A DNA stretch of 64,000 nucleotides from Leucoraja ocellata (Eukaryota), in NCBI GenBank assembly GCA_036785375.1, contig JAWMAR010000176.1, forward strand, positions 496,001 to 560,000. Direction: 5' to 3'. The position numbers and the translations under genes are program-made. The notes under the pieces are model-generated. The model worked only from the letters and a program-made list of their open reading frames with translations. It had not been told where the DNA came from and searched no databases. Shown here piece by piece: positions 49,578 to 62,851 of this stretch. The number at the start of each line of letters is the position of its first letter. The first letter of the stretch is position 1.

Positions 49578-51945
49578 GGCATAGAAAACACAGAAAAATA
49601 GGTGCAGGAAGGAGTATGCCATTTGGCCCTTCAAGCCAGCACCGCCACTCAATATGATCATGGCTGATCATCTAAAATCAGTACCCGTTCCTGCCTTTTC
49701 CCCAAATCTCTTAATTCAGTTAGCCCTAACAGCTAAATCTAACTCTTTCTTGAAAACATCCAGTGAATTGGCCTCCACTGCCTTCTGTGGCAGAAAATTC
49801 CACAGATTCACAACCCTCTGGGTGAAGATGTTTTTCCTCATCACAGTCCTAAAAAGCCTACCCCTTATTCTTAAACTGTGACCCCTGGCTCTGGACTACC
49901 CCAACATCGGGAACATTTTTCATGCATCTAACCTGTCTAATCTTTCTAAATTCCAGTTAATACAAGCCCAGTCAACCCCTTCTTTCATCTTATGTCAGTA
50001 CTGCCATATAACCATATATAACCATATAACAATTACAGGACGGAAACAGGCCATCTCGGCCCTACAAGTCCGTGCTATGCCGTGCCGTGCCATCCTGGGA
50101 ATTAACCTGGTGAACCTACGCTGCACTCCCTCAATAGCAAAAATGTCCTTCCTCAAATTAGGAGACACAAAATTGCACACAATATTCCAGGTGCGGTCTC
50201 ACCAGGACCCTCTACAACTGCAGTAGGACCCCCTTGCTCTTAAACTCAAACCCCCTTGCAATCAAGGCCAACATGCTATTAACTTTCTTCACTGCCTACG
50301 TGCATGCTTACTTTCAGTGACTGATTTACAAGCACACCCAGGTCTCGTTGCACCTCCCCTTTTCCTAATTTGACACCATTCAGATAATAATCTGCCTTCC
50401 TGCTCTTGCCACCAAAGGGAATAACCTCACATTTATCCACATTATGCTAGATTTGCCATGCATCTGCCCACTCACCCAATCTATCCAAGTCACCCTGCAG
50501 CCTCATAGCATCCTCATCACAGGTCACACTGCCACCCAGCTTTGTGTCATCTGCAAACATGAAGATGTCACATTTAATTCCTTCGCATAAATCGTTAAAA
50601 TATATTGTAAATAATTGGGGTCCCAGCACCGAGCCTTGCAGCACCCCACTAGTCACTGCCTGCCATTTTGTAAAGGACCCATTAATCCCTTCTCTTTGCT
50701 TCCTGTCTGACAATCAGTTCTCTATCCATGTCAATACCCTACCCCCAATACCATGTGCTCTAATTTTACACAATAATCTCTTGTGTGGGACCTTGTCAAA
50801 GGCTTTTTGAAAGTCCAGGTACACCACATCCACTGGCTCTCCCTTATCCATTCTACTTGTTACATTCTCAAAAAATTCCATGCTGACTTTTATCGATCCT
50901 GTCAATGCTTTCCAAATGTGTTGCTTTAACATCCTACACAATCAACTCAAGCATCTTCCCCACTACAGATGTACTGGTCTATAATTCCCCGCTTTCTCTC
51001 TCCCTCCTTTCTTAAAAAGTGGAGTTACATTGGCTACCCTCCATCCACAGAAACTAATTCAGATTCGAGAGAACATTGGAAAATGATCACTGATGCATCC
51101 ACGATTGCTCGGGCCACCTCCTTGAGTACTCTGGGATGCAGACCATCAGGCCCTCGGGATTTATCTGCCTTCAGTCCCAACAGTTTACCTAACCCCATTT
51201 CCTGACTAATGTAGATTTCCTTCAGTTCCTCCCTCCTACTGGACCCTTGATCCCCCAGTATTTTTGGGAGATTGTTTGTGTTTCCCTTAGTGAACTTAGT
51301 ACTCCCTAAATACTCATTTAACTGTTCTGCCATTTCTTTGTTTCCCACTATAAATTCACCTGTTTCTGATTGTAAGGGACCTGCATTTGTCTTCATTAAT
51401 CTTTTCCTTTTTACATATCTAAAGGAGCTTTGAGTGAGCCGCCTTCCCCATTTTATTTTTTCACCTGGCAGAGGTGAACAATTTTTGGAGTTCATCCATG
51501 CAGTCTTTAAATCTTTGCCTTTGCATCTACACCGTCAACCCTTTAAGTATCATTTGCCAGTCAATCCTAGCCAATTCCCATCTCATACCTTCAAAGTCTC
51601 CTTCCTTTAAGGTCAGGTCCCTAGTCTCTGAATTAACCGTGTCACTCTCCATCCTGATGCAGAATTCCACCATATTATGGTCACGGTTGCCCAAGGGGCT
51701 TTGTACAACAAGATTGTTAACTAATCCTTCCCTATTACACAATACCCAGTCTAGGATGGCCTGTCCTCTAATCGGTTCTTCTACATATTGATTTTTTTAA
51801 GCTATCCTGTATCCAGAAAATTATCCTCCTCAGCACTGCTACCAATTTGGTTGGCCCAATCTATATGTAGATTAAAGTCACACATGATAACCACTGTATC
51901 TTTGCTACACGCATCCCTAATTTCTTGCTTGATGCTATCCCCAAC
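49578..51945 (-). mobile_element. CR1 LINE ORF2 (5'-truncated), decayed
   Basis: [35 protein letters not shown] and KADKSRGPDGLHPRVLKE on minus; 3' tail at ~49580. Confidence 0.93.
50008..50087 (-). mobile_element. Very short 5'-truncated retro-insertion with TSD inside CR1
   Basis: tgccat duplicated at 50002-07 and 50088-93; minus strand gggccgagatggcctgtttccgtcctgtaattg(ttatatgg)n is a CR1/SINE-type tail. Confidence 0.75.
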
Positions 51946-52469
51946 CCTTTTCCCAATAAAACTCACTTTATTAACCATTATTTCTACTCTGCCATCTAAT
52001 TGTTTAGCTATTTTGTCTCACTCTGAAAGTTGTAATACTGTGATTTTGAGTTTACAATCTCTCTGGATCACCTGCCCCTCCACTCATCCAACTCTCCCCA
52101 CCGCCCCCTCCCCCCCAATAAGTCTGAAGAAGGGTCCCGACACAAAATGTCAACTATCCATGTTCTCCAGAGAAACTGCCTGACTCGTTGACTAACTCCA
52201 GCACTTTCTGTACTTTTTGAACAAACAGTACACAAGGCAGGTGCCATCCAACTTTGCCCTGTCTGCTTAGGGGCTTCTGCTCTTGGTCTGATGGCCCTAG
52301 AAGGAACAACTTAATTGTGAGATGTTGTAAACATCAGTGCATTAGATTCAAACGGTCATATTCTGGAGAATACAAGGTTTAATACAAAGCACAGGCAGAC
52401 TTTACTCAGAACTGCTGTGGATTTGGAAGCAACGGCAACAAAGATAAGCAGGAGAAAACACTGATTGGC

Positions 52470-55400
52470 TCTAGCCCAAGTGGGAGGAGAGAAGTGAGTC
52501 AGAGGGGGGAAAACAGTTGAAAACTGAGGAATTTGGTTTGTAAATTGGTAAATTTATCAGTCAATATAAGCAAGATGGCTCTTAGGGAGCGGCAGTGAGT
52601 AAGTGAGTGGCTGGCCTTGTGGGGGAAGTGCCCTGTAAGTAAAGTGTGAGTCTTTGGTGAGGAGTGTAAAGTGTGAGTCTTTGGTGAGGAGGCTGAGGAG
52701 AGGAGGCTACGCAAAATGCTGGAGAGGCAGGAACGAAAGAAGGAGATGTCAGGCAAGCTGATTCAGTGCGATGCTTGCAGTACGTGGGAGGTCAAGGACA
52801 CCGCTGGTGCTTCTAGCTTCTACAAATGCGAGAAGTGCATCCAGGTAGAGCTCCTGAAGGACCGTGTTGGGGAACTGGAGAAGCAAGTGGATGACCTCAG
52901 GTTCGTCCGAGAAACTGAGTCGTTCCTCGACAAGTCCTACAGTAAGATTGTTACACCTAAGGTACTGGAAGAGAGAAGGTGGGTGACGGTGAACAAGGGA
53001 GGGAAGCATGGAATACAAACGTCCCTGGGTGTTGTACTCTTGTGAACAGGTTCACCCACTTAGAAGCTGTCAGGACAGAAGTCGGACGGACTGAGCGGCA
53101 GACTCGGGTGCAAAGCAAAAAGGGCTGTTGAGCGCTTTGGGGAACTGGAGGTTCCAAAGAGGCCAACATCAGGCAAGGGGAGACTCCATTGTGAGAGGTA
53201 CGGACAGGGGTTTCTGCGGCAACAGACGGGATTCGAGGATGGTGTCTGCCTTCCTGGTGCCAGGATCCAGGATGTCATAGACAGAGTGCAGAAAATCTTC
53301 AAGGGCGAAGGTGAACAGCCGGAAGTGGTAGTGCATGTCGACACAAACGATGTCGGAAAGAAGGGGATGAATATTCTGCAGCGTGACTTCAGAGAGCTCG
53401 GAAAAATGCTGAAAAGCAGAACCTCCAGGGTTGTTATCTCCAGGTTGCTTCCAGTTCCATGTGCTGGCGAGAGCAGGAACAGGGAGATACGGGACCTTAA
53501 TGTGTGGCTGAGGAACTGGTGCACGGGGCAGGGATTTAGATTCTTAGATCACTGGGATCTGTTTTGGAGTAAGGGAGAACTGTACAAAAGGGACGGATTG
53601 CATCTTAACAGGTGGGGGACCTGCATTCTGGCAGGCAGGTTTGCCACTGCTCCACAGGTGGCTTTAAACTGAATAAGGGGGGTGGGGTGTCGAATGGGAT
53701 AGTGGAGGATGGAGTTAAAGGGAAAGGGTTTCTTAAATGTGTGAGTGTAGAGACAGAGGGGTGTAAAATGAGGGTAGAAGCAATAGATAGCAAGGTAAAA
53801 AGTAAAAGTGGCAGGTAGACAAATCCAGGGCAAAAATCAAAAAGGGCCACTTTTCACCATAATTACATAAGGGGTAAGAGTGTTGTAAAAACAAGCCTGA
53901 AGGCTTTGTGTCTCAATGCAAGGAGCATTCGTAATAAGGTGGATGAGTTGAATGTGCTGATGGCTATTAATGATTATGATATAGTTGGGATCACGGAGAC
54001 ATGGCTCCAGGGTGACCAAGGGTGGGAGCTGAACATCCAGGGATATTCAATATTCAGGAGGGATAGACAGAAAGGAAAAGGAGGTCGTAGCGTTGCTGGT
54101 TAGAGAGGAGATTAACGAAATAGAAAGGAAGGACATTAGCTTGGAGGATGTGGAATCGATATGGGTAGAGCTGCAAAACACTAAGGGGCAGAAAACGCTG
54201 GTGGGTGTTGTGTACAGGCCACCTAACAGTAGTAATGGAGTTGGGGATGACATCAAACAGGAAATTAGAAATGCGTGCAATAAAGGTAAAACAATTATAA
54301 TGGGCGACTTCAATCTACATATAGATTGGGTGAATCAAATTAGCAAGGGTGCTGAGGAAGAGGATTTCTTGGAATGTATGCGGGATAGTTTTCTAAACCA
54401 ACATGTAGAGGAACCAACGAGAGAGCAGGCTATTCTAGACTGGGTATTGAGAAATGAGGAAGGGTTAGTTAGCTGTCTTGTTGTGCATGGCCCCTTGGGC
54501 AAGAGTGACCATAATATGGTTGAGTTCTTCATTAGGATGGAGAGTGATATTGTTATTTCAGAAACAAGGGTCCTGAACTTAAAGAAAGGTAACTTTGAAG
54601 GTATGAGACGTGAATTGGCCAAGATAAACTTGCAATTAATTCTTAAAGGGTTGATGGTGGATATGCAATGGAAGGCATTTAAAGACTGCATGGATGAGTT
54701 ACGACAATTGTTCATCCCAGTTTGGCAAAAGAATAAATCAGGGAAGGTAGTGCATCCATGGATAACAAGTGAAATCAGGGATAGTATCAAAACAAAAGAT
54801 GAAGCATACAAATTAGCCAGAAAAAGCAGCCTACCAGAGGACTGGGATAAATTCAGAGTCCAGCAGAGGAGGACAAATGGCTTAATTAGGAAAGGGAAAA
54901 TAGATTATGAAAGAAAACTGGCAGGGAACATAAGAACTGACTGCAAAGGTTTTTATAGATATGTGAAGAGAAAACAATTAGTTAAAACAAATGTAGGTCC
55001 CTTACAGTCAGAAACAGGTGAATTGATCATGGGGAACAAGGACATGGCAGACCAATTGAATCATTACTTTGGTTCTGTCTTCACTAAGGAAGACATAAAT
55101 AATCTGCCGGAAATAGCAGGGGACCGGGGGTCAAATGAGATGGAGGAACTAAGTGAAATCCAGGTTAGCCGGGAAGTGGTGTTAGGTAAATTGAATGGAT
55201 TAAAGGCCGATAAATCCCCAGGGCCAGATAGGCTGCATCCCAGAGTTCTTAAGGAAGTAGCCCCAAAAATAGTGGATGCATTAGTGATAATTTTTCAAAA
55301 CTCTTTAGATTCTGGAGTAGTTCCTGAGGATTGGAGGGTAGCTAATGTAACCCCACTTTTTAAAAAAGAAGGGAGAGAGAAAACGGGGAATTACAGGCCA

Positions 55401-56757
55401 GTTAGTCTAAGGGCCAGGTAGTGGGGAAACTTCTAGAATCATTTATTAAAGATGGGACAGCAGCACATTTGGAAAGTGGTGAAATCATTGGACAAAGTCA
55501 GCATGGATTTGTGAAAGGTAAATCATGTCTGATGAATCTGATAGAATTTTTCGAGGATGTAACTAGTAGTGTGGATAAGGGAGACCAGTGGATGTGTTAT
55601 ATCTGGACTTTCAGAAGGCTTTCGACAAGGTCCCACATAAGAGATTAGTATACAAACTTAAAGCACACGGTATTGGGGGTTCAGTATTGATGTGGATAGA
55701 GAACTGGCTGGCAAACAGAAAGCAAAGAGTAGGAGTAAATGGGTCCTTTTCACAATGGCAGGCAGTGACTAGTGGGGTACCGCAAGGCTCAGTGCTGGGC
55801 ACCCAGCTATTTACAATATATATTAATGATTTGGACGAGAGAATTGAATGCAACATCTCCACGTTTGCGGATGACACGAAGCTGGGGGGCAGTGTTAGCT
55901 GTGAGGAGGATGCTAGGAGGCTGCAAGCTGACTTGGATAGGCTGGGTGAGTGGGCAGATGCAGTATAATGTGGATAAATGTGAGGTTATCCACTTTGGTG
56001 CCAAAAACAGGAAAGTAGATGCAACGAGACCGGGGGGTCATGGTACACCAGTCATTGAAAGTAGGCATGCAGGTGCAGCAGGCAGTGAAGAAAGCGAATG
56101 GTATGTTAGCATTCATAGCAAAAGGATTTGAGTATAGGAGCATGGAGGTTCTACTGCAGTTGTACAGGGTCTTGGTGAGACCACACCTGGAGTTTTGGTC
56201 TCCTAATCTGAGGAAAGACATTCTTGCCATAGAGGGAGTACAGAGAAGGTTCACCAGACTGATTCCTGGGATGTCAGGACTTTCATATGAAGACAGACTG
56301 GATAGACTGGGCTTGTACTTGCTAGAATTTAGAAGATTGAGGGGGGCTCTTATAGAAACTTACAAAATTCTTTAGGGGTTGAAAAGGCTAGATGCAGGAA
56401 GATTGTTCCCGATGTTGGGGAAGTCCAGAATAAGGGGTCAAAGGTTAAGGATAAGGGGGAAATCTTTTAGGACCGAGATGAGGAAAACCTTTTTCACACA
56501 GAGAGTGGTGAATCTCTGGAATTCTCTGCCACAGAAGGTAGTTGAGGCCAGCTCTTTGGCTATATTTAAGAGGGAGTTAGATGTGGCCCTTGTGGCTAAA
56601 GGGATCTTTGGATACGGCTTCTTGTCTGTCAGCGCCATTTCCGCACACGTATGGAGAGAAAGCAGGTACAGGTTACTAGCCATGATCATATTGAATTGCG
56701 GTGCAGGCTCGAAGGGCCGAATGGCCTACTCCTGCAGCTATTTTCTGTGTTTCTATT
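52470..56757 (+). mobile_element. Near full-length CR1 LINE with frameshifted ORFs
   Basis: ORF1 from 52746 MSGKLIQCDAC..CEKC (zinc finger) and VVVHVDTND...DGLHLN (SGNH esterase); ORF2 CLNARSI..GITETWL..GVVYRPP..GDFN..SDH (APE endonuclease) and [24 protein letters not shown] (RT); 3' tail tatttt..tgtttctat. Confidence 0.96.
56605..56649. mobile_element. Solo terminal fragment of the Mutator-like MITE at 57138
   Basis: tctttggatacggcttcttgtctgtcagcgccatttccgcacacg approximates the reverse complement of 57138-57183. Confidence 0.75.
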
Positions 56758-56994
56758 TAACCTTTGGCCTTCATCAACTTGCTCCCTGATTTTCTATACT
56801 CCTCCCTGTGATTTAAAAAATCCCTAAGGCAGTGTAATATTCTGTTTCAGGATCTAGGTGGCGCTGGCAAGTCCAGATTTTATTGCCTGTTCCTATTTGC
56901 CCATCATAAGTGATGGCAATCCACAACCTTGAGTCGTGGCAATCCTTCTACTCCTTGAATTCTGTCAGGCTAGGACTTCCCAGTTAGATTTGGC

Positions 56995-57845
56995 AATGAC
57001 AATAGACAATAGGTGCAGGAGTAGGCCATTCGGCCCTTCGAACCAGCACCGCCATTCAATGTGATCATGGCTGATCATCCCCAATCAGTACCCCGTTCCT
57101 GCCTTCTCCCCATATCCCATGACTCTCTATCTTTAAGCGTGTGCGGACGCGGCGCCGACAGACAAGAAGCCATAGTCAAAGAACCGAATAGAAACGAGGC
57201 CACAAAGTCAATGAACCGAAAGGCTGCGTCGCCTAAAAGCAAACTTACCGAATGGCTGCTCAGTCGAAACATCACCTACCCGAAAGGCGGCGGCGCCTAC
57301 CGGCCAAAGGACCGACTGCCGCTCAACAGAAAAGTCCAATAACGGACTTGACATTGCTGGGAGGCGGGTCTTCGGACTCTTTCGGATCATTGGCGTTGCG
57401 GCCTCGTTTCTATTCGGTTCTTTGGCTTCGGCTTCTTTGCTTCGACCTCTTGTCTGTCGGCGCCACGTCTGGGTACCATCTTTAAGAGCCCTATCAAGGT
57501 CTCTCTTGAAAGTATCCAGAGAACCGGCCTCCATCGCCGTCTGAGGCAGAGAATTTCACACTCACAACTCTCTGTGTGAAAAAGTGTTTGCTCATCTCCG
57601 TTCTAAATGGCTGATCCCTTATTCTTAAACTGTGGCCCCTGGTTCTGGACTCCCCCAACATCGGGAACATGTTCGCTGCCTCTGGCGTGTCCAAACCTTT
57701 AATAATTCTACATGTTTCAATAAGAACCCCTCTCATTCTTCTAAACTCCAGAGTATAAAAGCCCAGCCGCTCCATTCTCTCAGCATATGACAGTCCTGCC
57801 AACCCGGGAATTAACCTTGTAAACCTACACAGCACTCCCTCAATT
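56995..57845 (-). mobile_element. CR1 LINE 3' fragment
   Basis: AIEGVLCRFTRLIPG...SRTRGHSLRIR on minus, (ctattgt)n tail at ~57000. Confidence 0.9.
57138..57477. mobile_element. Mutator(MULE)-like MITE with 9-bp TSD
   Basis: atctttaag duplicated at 57129-37 and 57478-86; ~90-110-bp imperfect TIRs (ggcgccgacagacaaga..caaagaaccgaatagaaacgaggcc); CpG-rich; no transposase. Confidence 0.8.
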
Positions 57846-58544
57846 GCATAGACAATAGAACAGTTCACTGCAGAAACAGCTTATTTGGCAATGTCCACGC
57901 CAAACATGATGGCAAGTTAAAATAATCTCCTCTGCCTGCACAATATCCATATCCCGCCATTCCCTGTGTATCCATGTGCCTATCTAAAGCCTCTTAATTC
58001 CGTGTGTCATATCTGCCCACCACCACACCTGGAAGTGCATTCCAGGCACTCACCACTTTCTATGTGATAAAAAAAAAAACCTCTTCTGCACATCCGCTTT
58101 CAACATTGCAACTCTCACCTTAAAGCTGTGCCCCCTAGTCTGTGACATTTACATCCTTGGAAAACGGTTCTGACTGTTCACACCGTCTGTGCTCATAATT
58201 GTATCTACTGTGATCCGGGCTCCCCGCAACCTCAACCTGAAGAATGGATGGGACGTTTTGTAATTCTGCCGTTGGTAGTGTTCCTACGTGATTGTTGCCC
58301 TTACCCTCTCGGTAGCAAAGGTTACGTGTACCTCCAATTAATGCAGTCCGTTTGATGAGAGTAACGATGAGACATGCACCACTAGTGGAACAGACCTGCA
58401 CTAATGTACTGATGATGTAATTCCCAGGTGTATACTGAGAATCAGGGAAACTGAATGCACTAGTTTCAAATTGTGATTATCATGGTCATGGGAATTTAAT
58501 TAGCCATTCTTGAAGAGAAACAGTTAAAAGAGCAGAAAAACACC

Positions 58545-58740
58545 AAGTGATGGAGTAACTCAACAGATCAGGCAGCATCTCTGGAGAATATGGATCGGCG
58601 ACCATTTGGATCAGGATTCTTCTGTCTTTGATCCAAAACGTCAACTATCCAAGTTTTCCAGAGATGCTGTCTGACCCGCTGAGTTACTCCAGGACTTGTA
58701 CCTTTTGTGTAGACCAGCATCTGCAGTTCCTTGTTGCTAC
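58545..58740. mobile_element. Penelope-derived short repeat with inverted arms
   Basis: ggagtaactcaacagatcaggcagcatctctgga versus tccagagatgctgtctgacccgctgagttactcc. Confidence 0.7.
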
Positions 58741-59839
58741 AGTAAAAACAGCAGCATGGTTCACATACCCACCAATTGCTGTGATCTCCATGTTACCATT
58801 TTCACTGTGATTTAGTTGTCAATTTCCTTGGCAGACATTCCCTTTGCTGTCAACAAAAGGTCAGAGAAACATGATGAATTTCATAAACTAGAAATTACAA
58901 GCATCTAGTTTTCGGAATGATCCCAAACCATTTTCATCTCATTGAGTTTTCTGAGAGTCAAAATCCTCAACCCTATACAATGTAAATTGTTTAAGAACTT
59001 GCTAATGGTTCACTCTCATCCTCATTGATTGATCCATTCAGTTCCACTACATAAGCGTTTCAATCTTCTTCCTGCTGTGATGAGCTTGTCTTTAAAACCT
59101 TCAGCATTGATTTGACAATCTTCTGTTAAACCTTTTGAAACTGAGCTAATTTGAGGTTATTTAATGCTACAAATGAGTTCCCTGAGCACGGTTTATCTTG
59201 TTCATGGCGACTGATGGTGTCCTAATGCAGTAACAGAACATCAAACAGCTTTTATACAAAACATTAGGATGATGTAGTGTGCCGTGAATGCTTATTTTAC
59301 AAAATCACAAATTTAGTTGCAGAAGTAAGCCATCAATAATAAATGAAGATGAGGATATTAAAGTATCAGAATATGTATTTCAATAAATAACTGTTGGAAA
59401 AATAGGTTTTGCATGAGTATTTATCATAGAATTGCAGTGTGGTTGCATCGCAGGAGGAGCCTATTTGGCTCATTACATTCACAACAGCTCTTCACTGGGA
59501 CAATGCTCAAGTTCCACTAGACAGGTTTTTCTCTGGCCTTCTGTACCATATGGTAGCCAATTCACTCTTGAAGGCGACAATAAACTATGCTACTCCTGAA
59601 GGCAATGTGTTCCAGATTCAATCTTACACCTCTTAAAAACAATAAATGCTTCTTATGGATCAATTTTTTTAAAGCATTCCCATTGCCAAGGTGATACTTA
59701 CTGGTCCGTAGTTATTGGCTCCTCGCTCCCTTTTTTAAAGCAAGAAAGTGACATTAGCCCTATGATGCTCATCAGATGATTATGGTCGGCTCCCCCATGA
59801 TTTTCTCCCTCCTGTACTTCCTCAAAATCCCGTTTTGTT

Positions 59840-60360
59840 TAATTTAGTTTAGAGATACAGTGTGGAAACAACTCCTTCAGCCCACCGAGTCCATGACAAC
59901 CAATGATCCCCATACACTAGTTCTATCCTACACACTAGTGACAATTTACAGAAGCCACACCTGCACGTCTATACTGCCCTACTTTGACAAAAGGAAGCAA
60001 CTGACAATTTTGTCAAATTTAAGTTATTGCTTGTTTTAGGGTATTTGAGATATGCTCCACACTATGGTGAACAAAATAAGTCATTCGCTGAGTACAATTT
60101 GAAAATATTGATACCAGAGAAGTAAGAAATTCCATCACCGAGAGCTGAAAGAAAAACACATTTTCCTCATTTACAAGACAACTCCTTTCTGTCAGTTGCT
60201 TCCTTTTGTCAAAGTACGGCAGTATAGAATGTGGCCCTGATGAGCACCTGAAGAAAGCCCACGCGGTCACAGGGAGAATGTACAAAGACAGCTCCCATCG
60301 TTAGGATCGTACCTGGGTCTCTGGCACTGTAAAGCAGCAACTCTACTATTGTGGCACTGT
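59840..60360 (-). mobile_element. HE1-like SINE interrupted by a MITE
   Basis: tttagtttagagatacagtgtggaaac...cccaccgagtcc tail and cccacgcggtcacagggagaatgtacaaa core flank the insertion. Confidence 0.8.
59972..60224. mobile_element. Tc1/mariner-type MITE with TA TSD
   Basis: 35-bp TIRs tactgcc(c/g)tactttgacaaaaggaagcaactgaca at 59972-60006 and 60190-60224, flanked by TA. Confidence 0.88.
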
Positions 60361-60924
60361 TCCATCCAGTCCTGGCGACATACTAGGATTCATTTCTCTC
60401 ATTTGTTCTCATACATCCTTGCTATCACTTTTAACACATCTAGTGTCTCAATTATCAAGTGACCTCAGTAGAACATCTGATTTATGTCCCTCTGATGCAC
60501 CCCTTTTCCATTTACCTCAACCATTGCCACAGAATGCTCTAGGATATCCGTTTATGTTGTTAGCTGATACTTTTATCATCCACTCTTTGCCCCTCATTTT
60601 AATGTTCACTTCCCCTCTGATTCTTTTGTTTCTTGCTAGTACATACATTTGTCACTCACAGATTTTTTTTAAACTTTATCTTCATCCGACTGCATCTTAT
60701 TATTCAGTATGCTATGGATTTGTTTATTCTTCCTTCGTCGCTCATGAGGATGTGCTTTAACTAAATCTGAACTTTTGTTTCCTGAATTACAATTACAGTT
60801 ACAGTTTTGTTTGTCAGCATTTGGCTCCAATTCACCTGGGTCTGTATTCCCTAGAGTTAGAAGAATGAGAAGTAAAATATACAAAAAATCTACGGGGCTT
60901 GGTAATATAGGCAAGGAGTTGGTG

Positions 60925-62082
60925 CTTTACCCAGTCTATAGAGGTTGGGATATTATGATACAGTTGTATAAGACGGCGAAGCCACATTTGGAGTATAATG
61001 TTGTTTTGATCACCCTGCTATAGGAAATATGTTGTTAAGCTGGAGAGAGTACAGATATTAACGAGAATGTTGCCAGGACTTGAGGGCCTTACCTATACGG
61101 AGAGGTTGAGCAGGCTAGGACTTTATTCCTTGGAGGGCAGGAGGATGAGGGATTCAGTTTAGTTTATTGTCACGTGTACCGAGGTATAATGAAAAGCTTT
61201 TTATTGCGTGCTAACCAGTCAGCAAAAAGACAATACATGATTACAATCAATCCATTTACAGTGTATAGATACATCTAAGGGAATAACGTTTAGTGCAAGG
61301 TAAAGCCAGCAAAGTCCAGTCAAGGACAGTCCGAGGGGCATCAGAAGTAGATAGTTGTTCAGCACTGCTCTCTGGTTGTGGTTGGATGACTCAGTTGCCT
61401 GATAACAGCTGGGAAGAAACTGTCCCTGAATCTGGTGCTGTGTGTTTTCACACTTCTATACCTTTTGTCTGATGGGAGAAGAGGTCAGTGATGAGAGGAA
61501 GTGGTCAGGGTGCGACTCATCCTTGTTTATACTGTTGGCCTTGCAGAGGCAGCTTGAAGTATAAATAGAGTCAATAGAAGGGATGTTGGTTTGTGTGATG
61601 ACCTGGGCTGTGTCCACAATTCACTGTAATTTCGTAGTCCTGGATGGAGCTGTTCCCAAACCAAGCTGTGATGTATCCCCATACAATGGTTTCTATGCTG
61701 CATCTGTAGAAGTCGGTGAGAGTTGTTGCGATCTTATAGAGGTGTGTAAGATCATGAATGAAATAGATAGGGTTGATTTGTGGTCTTTTACCCATAGTAG
61801 CGGAATGAAGAACCAGAGGGCATAGGCTTAAGGAGAGAGGGGAAATATTTAATAGGGACTTGGGGGCTACATTTTCCACACAGAGGATGGTGGATATATG
61901 GAATGACCGCCAGAGGGGGTACTATAACAACATTTAAACAATATTTGGACAAGTACATAGAAAGGAAAGGTTTGTTGGGATATGAGCCAAACACAAGCAG
62001 GTGGAACTAGTGTGGATGATGCATCTTGGTTGGCATGGGCAAGTTGGGCCAAAAGGCCTGTTTCCATACTGTATGACTCTAA
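60925..62082 (+). mobile_element. CR1 3' fragment split by a minus-strand Rex1/Babar-type fragment (~61152-61730)
   Basis: CR1 ggatgaggg...gatcttatagaggtg resumes after the insert. The insert reads TTLTDFYRCSIETIVWGYITAWFGN on minus and ends cctcggtacacgtgacaataaactaaactgaa. Confidence 0.85.
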
Positions 62083-62192
62083 CCGAGTTACTATATCAAG
62101 ATAAAACAAATATAAATTTATTTATCTAGAAGGTAATGCATCTTTGGAATTCATCATTCAGAAAGGCAGTGAGTAGGCCACCTTGCCCCTCA

Positions 62193-62851
62193 AGGGCCTG
62201 TCCCACTTGGACGACCTAATCTATGAGTTTAGAAGACCCTAGACGAGTTGAAAAAAATGTCAAGGTTGTGTTGACTCGCCGAAGTAAAAGACCTCCTAGA
62301 CCATGTCTACGACCTCCTACAACCCCTCTCGACCTCAGTCTTCCACACCTAAGACCAACTACGACTTGCTACGACTGGAAAATGATCACATGATAAAATT
62401 ACGCCATGTTTGCTTTTTTTTTTGTGCCAGTTACCGACCTACGATTGCCTACGACCACCCACGACTATCTACAACCTACCTACGACCTACCTATGAGTAA
62501 AATGGGTCGATTTTTCCATGCCAACCTTTTCTCTACTTGTGGACATTTTTTATCAGGCTGGATAAAAGGCCACGACCTACATGAGGCCACGAGTACGCAG
62601 AGACCACTCATGAGCATGAGGAAGAGTAAAGGGCCTGTTCAACTTTCACGACCTAATTCACGACCTTTTTTACTCGGGGACATTTTTCATCAGGCTAGAA
62701 AAACGTCCTACTTGATGCCACAAGTACCTACGACTAGCATCACAACCTACGTACGACCTCCTACGATCTCGTGACGACCATGCTGCGAGCATGAGTCATG
62801 GGCAAACTTGGCAGAGGTCGCCAATTAGGTCGTGAAAGTGGGACAGGGGCT
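62193..62851. mobile_element. Compound Harbinger-type MITE(s) rich in ACGACCT motifs
   Basis: tca|agggcctgtcccactt ... aagtgggacaggggct|tca. A second left end, taa|agggcctgttcaactttcacgacctaatt at 62630, matches the right TIR over a longer stretch. TIR core ctgtcccactt is shared with the 39729 MITE. Confidence 0.8.

Noticed and set aside
54093-55421. 442-aa ORF, the longest in the window
   Set aside because: Part of CR1 ORF2 (endonuclease-linker) bounded by frameshifts; neither a host gene nor an intact element.
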